DNA of 57,978 nt, the filler included, from Porpidia crustulata (lineage: Eukaryota): the NCBI GenBank assembly GCA_964255105.1. It is 3 parts of 3 records of this genome, joined end to end, with 100 filler letters (N's around TTAATTAATTAA, not from the genome) between each part and the next. Parts side by side here need not be neighbours in the genome. Positions count along the whole stretch, not along the records: positions 38,763 to 57,978 come from CAXUWE010000147.1; 2 more parts are not named here. One strand, 5' to 3'. Of this stretch, positions 48,913 to 57,978 are shown piece after piece (position 1 is the first letter of the stretch; the number at the start of each line of letters is the position of its first letter). The notes under the pieces were generated by a model. The model had not been told where the DNA came from. It was given only the letters and a program-made list of their open reading frames with translations, and made no database searches. Made by a program: the position numbers and the translations under genes.

Positions 48913-51100
48913 ACGATGGGATCTTCAATTCCGCATACAGTTGCTCGCTGTTTCCAGACCCAGAGGCAAATTTGTAGATCGGCGCCGCACTCTATGATCG
49001 GTCCATCACTCATACGACCGTTACCGTGAGCAACGCATGCCGACAATATGTGTGCCAAGATGAAGGCCTACAGGCCTTTGCAGCAAAAACCTGAAAAGCT
49101 CATCAGAAAACATCATAACGCTAAAGCGTGAACATCGCGCTCGTCCCAAGATAATTGGCCGTTGCCAGGTATGGACACGATGGGAAGATGAAAATAAGCG
49201 CTGAAGCGTCTATGACGATGTACGATATACCAGGGCCTATGGGCGTTAGATTCGGGAGGCGGGTATTTGATGTAGTTGAATTCCATGGCAAATTACTTAG
49301 ACCTATCAAACAATTCTCGCGGTGCAAAGCAGCAGCTAGGAGATGGCAGATGTTCCCGTGAGTGAGACCGCTTGAAAGGCGTCGGTAGTCGGCTTGCAGT
49401 GCAGGGTGACTTTTATGTGCGAGTGTGCGTCTCGTCAACGGCGGAACCATCTCCGACGTTCACGCGACGAATTACATACAGCGAGATCTTTGCATCATCG
49501 TAGCAACCCCAGATCCCAGTATATGCCGCTCTAGTGCCGAAGATTTTGTGTGACCGGCGTACAACACATCCGGTACAAGCTATTGGTGGCTTCAGCGCAA
49601 GATAACAGCTATTTTACTAGCCACAGAAGTAGGAAGTCAGAGAGGAACTAGAAACGAATGTTGTTGTATCTACGATAAGGTATTACATGTACGATTTTTT
49701 CCATCAAAGTATATGGAAACGCGGACAATAGCACCTCGAGTTGGAGGTTGTAAATCTTTGGAGACCTTAATTTAATAGAATAACAACACCAAGAAGCAGT
49801 CGAATAGCAATTACTCAGCGCTGAACGGAGATCTTCGTCGTCTAGGGGTGTAGTAAAACTTTTATGAATTCATCCAAACCCGCCGTTTGTATAGAAGGGC
49901 CGAGACCTCATAGGTGTTGTACCCTGTTCATGAGCGTACTCATCCATGACTTGGATCGCTGCCTCAAGCTTTGATAATCTTTTGTTTTGCTATCAACCCG
50001 TTCGGATTGGCGAACATCTTGCTGTTGCTTCATTCAATCGAGAATGGTGAAAAGATACTTGATTAGAACAATGAATATTGGGTTCTCAACACCACGAGGT
50101 CCCGACATCATTTTTTGAAATCTAGTCTGCTTTGAAGAAAGAGCTGCCTAGTGCGAGCTGTTCCTCGGTATAATCTTTCCCTCATGAAGGAATGAATGTC
50201 AACAAAGTAAGGACCTTCTTTACACATAGTCAAACTATGAAGGGGTCTAACAACGGAGTCCCATTACGTGCATGGAAAGACTCCATCATTGAAGTGCAAC
50301 ATCAGCGTCTCCAAGCCTTCGAATTACATCAAATACGCAGATACAGAAAGTCCAAATCTCTGTTTCACGAAGGCTAATAATGCTTCATCACCTATTGGCA
50401 TATATTTCTCGACTACTATATTGCTGACAGTCCTGCGTATACAGAAGCTGTATCGGCGAATGGTGGTTGCTTGGTAAGTTGACTCGTCGATCGATTGCTC
50501 TCGCACTATCAGCAATGTTTTTGTTGACCAAACACTGCGAACCCCATGGCGCTTCGAAGGGCTCTGTGCTTCTGTTCTCTATCATTGGTGACTTGTAAAA
50601 TGTGTGAGGATCCTACCCTAGTATACAACATGCAGCGAGCCTACAGGGTCGAGTGGCCCAGCATAATCCGATGAGTTGACAGAGGAAGGAATGAGATCCG
50701 CGTCACTGTATGCTGCATCTCATAATGGGGTTTACCATGTCATGCGGCTCGGTTTTTTGGTCCAGGTGGCACAATGTTGATAAGCTCGGTGGCCGATTAT
50801 ATGATTTACTTGCTGCAGCCTTGTTGCAGGAGCATGGGAATAAGTGCATACGTAGTGGTGGGTGAAAAAGGGTTTCGTAGAAGCCTACCGGCGCCTTAGT
50901 ACCCAACCAATTTGGAGTCAAACTCAACACCTCCACTTCTATTCACCTTCACCCTGTTTCACCATCGCACAAATCCACATTCCTTATTTTGGACCTTATG
51001 ATCCAGCCGCTCGTTTTGACCCCGGATTCCATCATCATCTAACCAATTCCCTTTATCACAGTCTTTCTCTATCACAAGGCAGATTAAGGTATCATTGACC

Positions 51101-53443
51101 ATGCGCGTACCTAAGGCGGCGCCCATCCTCGGCCTTGCCGCAGCCGCGGCATATGCAGAGTAAGTTCATCATACCTTGCGAGCTGACCGTTGATGGTACC
51201 ATATGATATGTCTGTCTGAGACGGGCCAGTCGATCGTCTTGACTTCTAGCTTCGTGCGACGGACTAAGAGCATTTTTGAATCTGAGCTCACTACTCAGCA
51301 AAAGAGACCCTCGAATGCTTGCTGCATTGACCGTCCTTTGCAAATCCCGTTCCATGTCCTGAGTCCGAATCAGCCATGTTTCATCTCGATACTGGGGGAT
51401 ATGCCTGTGTGAACTCATGTGCGAAATTGTACTTACTCTCGTGCATGGCAGGCCAGAATCCGCATGCGGTGTCTCGACTATCTACATGACCGTACCAGCT
51501 TCTCCAGTCACAAAGACTATCACTGTCGCTATCAAAGCACCAATTTCTATGACAGATAGCAAACGCGTGTCGACCAATTTTGCAGGACTATCAGTCACTT
51601 CAACCGATACCATGGCCACCGCCACAAACTACATGACTCTGACTAGCGTTTTCAGCATCGCCGAGCCTAGCTCTAAGTCGACTGTTGCAGATCAAGGTCC
51701 GTACTCTTTCAACGTGAACAGTGGCACTACTTCTTGGTTTGGTGGAAAAACGCCATCAAACACCGGATTTTTTGCCACTAGTACACGCGTTGTCACACTT
51801 GTGCCGGTCCCAAAGAGCTCATCTGAGTTTGCTAAAGGGCCTGGGCCAACTCCGAGCGACGGCTCTTATACTAGTGTGACGAGCTACACGACGACGTTCC
51901 TGACCACAGTGACCACGAAGGTGCATACTGAGACAATCACCGAGTCTGTTTCCTCTGGCATTGCCATTGCAAAAATCTTTTCTGGCCTCGGATCAAGTGG
52001 CTGGAATATGACTTACTCGACTTTGAGGACAATCAAGATTTCCGGAGACAGCAGCTGTGAGGTCCAGCCTGCCCCTTCGGCCTCGGAAAATGCGGGTTTC
52101 ATCGTTGAGAAGCTCCTGCCTCTTCTGGCATCCGTGCCTGCTCTTGTAACTTTGCCTTCGTCGAAGAACGCCACGCAGCGCAATCGTGTACGACAAATCG
52201 GTGCGGTCATCGACGCAACCATTGATGGTGTAGCAGTGTCCTGGACCAATAATTACTCAGGCAGCAGTGCTACGACTTCAGCTCCAAAAGCCACACCAGA
52301 CGCTCCCATGGCCACTTCTAGTGTTATCTCGCCTCGTAAGCCACTTAGAATTTGGTGTGGAGAGAAAATGACTGACGGTTTCCAGTGTCGTTGAGTTCGG
52401 CAGTGCTTGTTCATCCATCATCAGTGGTATCAATTTCAAACATTCTCACGTCGGGTGAGAATGGCCACACCATGCAATTGATCTGAAACGTGCTGACGAT
52501 TTATACGTAGTTCCGACAACGACGCTCCCTATTTATCCTTGGAATTTGTCTCCATTCCCAACCGTGGGGACGCCAGCGAGCTCGAGCTCGACCAGTGCAG
52601 GGAACCCTTTCGGATCGGGGTGGATCGAACCAGGAATTCCGTCGATGCAGCCAAGCTATAGTTCAGTATCGTTGGGAAGCACTTCGACCTATCATACTAG
52701 CCAGTCAGTATTGGCTACAAGTATTTCATATACCTCAAACTCCAACATCACCACTGCCACGAACACCGCTGCAACAGTTACGGCTTCTTGTATATCGCAA
52801 TCAAGTGACTTCACGATCAATGTACATCCATGTCCATGAGTCTGCGATTGATGGTGCTAATTGCATTTAGTTTGATGACCTACCACGTTTCTCCACGGGC
52901 CCGACGGATACTGATGTTCCACCAATCTTGAATCCATACTACAAGCTCTTTTTCGAAGCAGGCTTTGGTTATGTTCCTCCATCTAGCGATCCGTACTCAC
53001 CAATCTCTTCACCGCAGCTCGCAGTCTATAGAAATTATGATATTACCGACTTAGGTGTGTCTCCAGGCGCTGGCTTGCTACTACCTGGCGAGATTGGCGC
53101 TGGACCTCGAGCTTCGGAGAGTGCCTACTGGATCGATGCTTACTCTGCATACTTAGGCTGCGATAATGGGGGGAGTTCGGATTGCACTATAACGATCAAT
53201 GGATATAAAACCTCCTCTACTAATCCGCAGGTCTCTCAGGTTGTCACTCAGCGGGCATGCACAGGTTTGATCAAGTGCCGTTTGGGTTTTGTGAAGTTTT
53301 CGGGAGGGTTTCGGGGCTTATCAGGAGTCCAGTTCCTGGCGGCTGTTGACGGGGAGCCTGTCAACTGGTATCTGGATGATCTTGCCCTAGGGTGGAGCAA
53401 CAACTCCTGCGCAGCTCAACTGGAGCGTTCATCCGCGCACTAG
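51101..53443 (+). CDS. Secreted Ser/Thr-rich cell-surface protein with conserved C-terminal domain
   Basis: Signal peptide MRVPKAAPILGLAAAAAYA; long first intron (about 51160-51451) and three more; S/T-rich body with ATIDGVAVSWTNNY; C-terminal domain FDDLP..NPYYKLFF..WYLDDLALGWSNNSC. Confidence 0.75.
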
Positions 53444-54156
53444 ATTCTGTGGCACGGCGCAAGGTATCTTGCGAGACTGAGAGTCTCGCGATGGTAGTTT
53501 CTTGAGCTTTCCGTGCCGGGACCGACCCATGGTGTACATTTCATTATGCTTTCTCGATAGTTCGCTCTTTTGTACGTTGGCTAGACCTATGTCTACATGC
53601 CTAAAAGTGTAAATACTTTCAAATGAACCGATTCAAAGCTTGCTGTCTTCACGTTTGGCGTGCGAGTTGCTCCGAGACTCGTGTTGAGTAGATAATGAGT
53701 ATGCAGCGATATCGTCCTATGCTCTTAGCGCTACCTACTAGTAAGGGGTGAAACTAACCCCTTAGTCTGGTTACATAAGCGGAACCTCGCACTCTTAGGT
53801 GAGCACGGGCAAGTATGTCATTGCAGCGGTCAGATGAGTAAATAATGCCAAAGTGCTCTAATGATTTGTTGCAGCCTGTTTTTTGTTATGTCAGGTTTAT
53901 TGTCCTTATGCAAGCTAGGCTTATGAAAGACACACGACTAGTTACATTAAACACGCTTAATTGTGGGACGATTTTCTCGTAGGCCGAATTCTCGCTTAGC
54001 AAGTTCTCGAGACATAGCATCACTGCCGATACTGAGTTTCACAGTTCCCTCCACCCTTACTAATTCTTAAGGAAAATGTATAAAACCCTAAGAACCCCGA
54101 TATTTCCACAGCAGCTTAGTATAGCTAGCAGAAGCCTCCTTCTTGGCAGCACCGTG

Positions 54157-54282
54157 TGACAGAGGTGGGATTCGAACCCACGAGCTTCGCGTTTCTCTAG
54201 CGGGGGCCGCCCTCCCCTAGCGCCTAGAGTATTAACTAGCCCTTCCAGAATGATGCACTACCAACTGCACCACTCCCCCGTC
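54157..54282 (-). tRNA. Intron-containing tRNA-like element, probably a pseudo-tRNA or SINE head
   Basis: Minus strand: A-box/D-arm TGGTGCAGTTGGTAGTGC, perfect T-arm GTGGG-TTCGAAT-CCCAC, 3' acceptor strand CTCTGTC-A; anticodon stem has two mismatches (TCATT/CGCGA), nominal anticodon GGA, about 50-nt hairpin insert at the 37/38 intron position. Confidence 0.6.
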
Positions 54283-54856
54283 TGTTGCAGCCTGTCGTGC
54301 GGCGTTCTACATTACTGACTCCTCATTGATAGAGAGCTTAAAGTCCATGATTCCTCAACCTTCCTATTACTACTAAGATACTCTCCTTCTATTGTTCAAC
54401 AATACTACTTAGTGTAGTAGGACTACACAATTAGTGCCTTGCGGATGTGGTGTTTCGTTTCCGCGCTCCCTACTTGCTATGCGCTCCAAGCGTCCCGATT
54501 GAGCTGTCCTGAATTGAGATTCAGGTACACTGTGGCCTCTCTACGGGCAGGGCCGACATCCCTCTAAACGTGGAATATTTGATGATACGCGCGCAAGGAG
54601 AATGTTAAACATCGTTTCTAAAAATTGTACGAATTAAGCCGTCATCAAGGATCATCTATGGAGCTCACGATGACATACCCTGACGCAAAGCTCGTTGAAG
54701 TTGTTCTCGATTTCCTACACACTACGACAACGTCTACTCTGCGTTTTCTCAAGGTTCTTGCACAGTCTTTTCCGGCTTCTCTGTCTTTAAAACCATTCTC
54801 AATGCTTTTCTTGCCATATTTGACGCCACACTTGACCGTTTGGGTGTTCACCAAAG

Positions 54857-57048
54857 ATGCTATTGGGTTCAGTCCTGCTCCTAGCAGTGACCTACTTTCC
54901 TTTGTTCATTACGGCAGTGAAATTTTCGGAGGTCGATCTGGCAAAAAAATATTCACGTATTAATATATCCAATTCGGCTTCTTCTTCGGCGCCGGTGGTT
55001 CCTGCTTGTTCGCTAAATCTCCCAACCCTCAGCATACCTCCCGCATCATCTACTCTGTCAGTAGCAGCTCATAGAAATAGGACGGTCTACAATAGTAGCG
55101 ATAGCAGTGGAAGCTTGTTCGCAAGCGCCTTGCGAGGAACAAAAGCTGGACATGCAAGTGCTCTCAGACATTTGACACACTACACCCGGCCTTGGAACGC
55201 AAGCTTAGATGCGCCAGCAGCCACAGTCACCGTGTCGAACTGTTCACAGTCGGTATTGCAGAGCATTCCAAGACCTACATGTAGTTGTCCACAATTACAG
55301 ACAACTACCGTCTTTGTCACAGTAACTGCTACGACATCTCCAAGCCAAGTTGCTTCGAGCAATGTTGGACCGCAGACGTCATCCTCAGTTCCTTTTTCGT
55401 CTTTCACAACAACTCTCGAATCGAGCACTTTAGCATCGCTGCCTCCTGAGACTGTGTCTTCTATGAGTGTAAATATTCCAGTTGCCACCGCTGACACATC
55501 TGGCTACAGCTCAGTCGAGCAATCTTCCTCTCCCCAGAATCTTAGCATTCAGTCAGCCTTAATTTCGAGTATTCCGGCAAGCTTAGATGCTTTTACTGTG
55601 TCCATGACCTCTAGTGACCCTGCTCCGGAAGCTTCGAGTTCTAACGTCGTTGATCAGTCATTTGGATACAAGACATCGGGAACTTGGAATACAAGTTATT
55701 CCAGTACAGCCACAAAATATTCGGTCCCATCCGAAGCAGTTTCGGACAGCAAGACATCCTCGAAGACCGTTGGAGAAGCACTGACAAGTAATATCACACC
55801 TTCGCCATCTTCCGCTTCTACACAATATATGTCACAGGCTGGGTCGGGAAGTAATTCGCTTGATCCAACCTCTTATGGACAAGAAGCCTTACCTTCAGCT
55901 CAAGACTATTCTGACAACCGTACGATATCTTCGACCACAATCTCGGAGAGTGATCCTCCACCAATGCAATTCTCCAATCCCAGCGTTTACCCTCCGAACT
56001 CTTCCATTCCGAGCATCCCAGACCAACTACCGTTACCACCCAGTCTTCCATATGAGACTCCTACGTCTCCAACGACATTAATCCCTACATCCACAATACT
56101 GCCCAGCCCACCCACCTCGCCAGCCCCTTCGATCGTTATACAACCTACAATCAATCCACCCATACCCTACTCGCAGACTCCAGCTCCCTTTACAGGTTCA
56201 ACTGTTTCCCGCTTTACTCTAATTCCATCGGATCCCGCTATTCCTAAGCCTTCTGCTATGCTTCCTGGTTTCGCCGGCCCGCCTTATGCCAATAGAAGCC
56301 ACGCGATTAATCCGACAGCTTCAGGGCATCTCAAGAACCGTCCAGAAGGACTACACAGTACAAGCTACCCTACTCAAGGGGCCCAACCTATGTCACTTCC
56401 TCTCAATCGCAGTTCCAACCCGGTTTTATGTTTTCCTAATACAATCTCAACTACGCACATACTGGCAAATGTACGTGCAATTCTCAGTTTGGATCTCTTT
56501 CCAGAAGCGCTTGGCTAATCTAACTGCCAACGGCACAGTACGATTCACCGCGCCTCAGTCATCAAATTTATAGGTTTTACCGCGGTCTCAAATATTCGTC
56601 CTTTGCCCTTACCAACCAGTCCATCTCGATTTCTCCTCCCAATTACATGACCTCCTCGGCTGATGCCTCTTTCAAAGGTATCGCGATCGGAGCTGCTCCA
56701 TTCATATCTTTTTCTCTCCGCTCCGTCGCCATCGCGTGCCTCCAAGTAGGTGCTGTTCCTCCGTTGGCCTGCACAGTCCTCATGGTCGGGACAAAAGTCG
56801 GAGCCATTCCAAATGCTACATCTACTAATGACCAAGTGACCACAAGGGTGATGGTTGCTGGTGCAGACAGTGGGGGCGCTCAGAAAATGACCAGAGTCCG
56901 CCTAGATAGCGGCGGCGGGAGAGGAGAATGGACTGGATTGGAGAGTGTATCCTTTGTGGCAGAAATCGACGGTAAACCAGCAGGTCTGGGCGTTGATGAC
57001 CTTGAGTACGATCTCAAGACCAAAGGCTGCTACTTCGATGCGGAGTAG
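54857..57048 (+). CDS. Secreted Ser/Thr/Pro-rich cell-surface protein, paralog of 51101-53443
   Basis: Signal peptide MLLGSVLLLAVTYFPLFITA; 553-aa S/T/P-rich ORF; intron 56471-56538 leads in frame into a C-terminal domain ending GVDDLEYDLKTKGCYFDAE*. Confidence 0.78.
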
Positions 57049-57184
57049 TGATAGGGGTACCATGAGGTGGCACAGGTAGTAGAGATCTGTATATATCAGA
57101 GAAGATGCTGTGAATCCAGCATCCCACTTACCGCAGTCGAATTCTGTCCGGGTAAATTGACGAGTCGTAGCTCCGGCAGAGGTA

Positions 57185-57978
57185 TCAAGGTTCTTCCGGA
57201 CATAGCCTTGTGAATCCCTTCCCGGGTAGCTGGAGCCAGTTCCGCTCATCGTACGTATGCTCACCCTCGATGACATGAAATGTGTATATAAATCTACTCT
57301 TCCCACTCAAATTCTTCTTGCTCTTGTGCAGTAAATTTCCATGGATCAGCACCAGCGTCCCCGCTTGCACCTCCTCGAAAGTATATTCTTCCACCCTCCC
57401 TCCGTTGTCATCTACATCCATACCTGTGGGAAACTTTGCTCCTTCCACCTTCGTAAACTCCGTTCCTTCACCCTCTTTCCTCACAAACCTACTCTCCACG
57501 GGCGCCCTCTTGTGCGACCCCTTCGCAAAACTCAAACACCCGTTTTCTTTCGTCGCGTCTTCGAGCGCAATCCAAAATCCCACTGCACTCGGCGGATCCG
57601 TGTATAAGAACGTGCTGTCCTGATGTGGCCGCACTGCGCCTCCGATCTCCGGCTGCTTGCAAATGACCATGCTCTGCAGCACTCTGGGGTCTTTGAAGCC
57701 CAGCAAGCGCGCAATACCTGCGTGCAGGGGTGTGAGCGTCGCCTGCCGGAATGGAGGTGACAGGGCGTGTAGGTAGTGCCCTATCTTGTTGATGGCGCGT
57801 TCCTTGGGCTTCGCAAGAGCATTTGTAACAGGGTCGAAGGCATCTTCTTCAAAGAAGTAACGGATTTTGTCGCCCGAAGTCAAGAAGTAATCGTCGCCGA
57901 CGTGAGAGGTGGTCTCGCCGTTGGAAAATTTGGTTAGTGGATGGGTCTCGAGGGGAAAGGTGGTGAGAAGCTTATTTG
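57185..57978 (-). CDS. Phytanoyl-CoA dioxygenase (PhyH/PHYHD1-like) Fe(II)/2OG oxygenase, 5'-truncated by window end
   Basis: Open to window edge; DDYFLTSGDKIRYFFEE, INKIGHYLH, SMVICKQPEIGG..HQD (HxD), LVLIHGNLLHKS..N.S.KSR (distal His and 2OG-binding Arg). Confidence 0.92.
   Translation of the reverse strand, partial: NKLLTTFPLETHPLTKFSNGETTSHVGDDYFLTSGDKIRYFFEEDAFDPVTNALAKPKERAINKIGHYLHALSPPFRQATLTPLHAGIARLLGFKDPRVLQSMVICKQPEIGGAVRPHQDSTFLYTDPPSAVGFWIALEDATKENGCLSFAKGSHKRAPVESRFVRKEGEGTEFTKVEGAKFPTGMDVDDNGGRVEEYTFEEVQAGTLVLIHGNLLHKSKKNLSGKSRFIYTFHVIEGEHTYDERNWLQLPGKGFTRLCPEEP

Noticed and set aside
49000..50950. Short ORFs between the PARG-like gene and the first secreted gene
   Set aside because: No recognisable domain or consistent exon chain; an eroded pseudogene cannot be excluded.

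Overview
Gene-dense stretch of an intron-rich filamentous ascomycete (Pezizomycotina) nuclear genome, with short GT-AG introns and CTAAC/CTGAC branch sites. It comes from a draft assembly: two artificial 100-nt N44-TTAATTAATTAA-N44 contig linkers and one 10-N gap are present. Most genes are conserved housekeeping or regulatory genes: SEC1, a G-patch protein, a PBR1-like SDR, UMP1, a UBL3-like CAAX protein, ERG8, a large PPR protein, DUS3, BAP31/YET, two conserved hypotheticals, a Clr5-domain protein, pac2, mitochondrial AsnRS, a DUF2263 microbial-PARG-like protein, two Ser/Thr-rich secreted paralogs and a partial PhyH dioxygenase. The most notable accessory features are: (i) an island at about 19.4-25.3 kb with a BBE-like FAD oxidase cut by a gap, a non-COQ2 UbiA prenyltransferase and an SDR, probably part of a meroterpenoid cluster whose core genes may lie in the gap; (ii) a 129-bp TA-flanked MITE with perfect 26-bp TIRs enclosing telomere-type TAACCC repeats; (iii) a decayed intron-containing tRNA-like element between the two secreted paralogs. 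Gene models were spliced by eye and no database searches were run.
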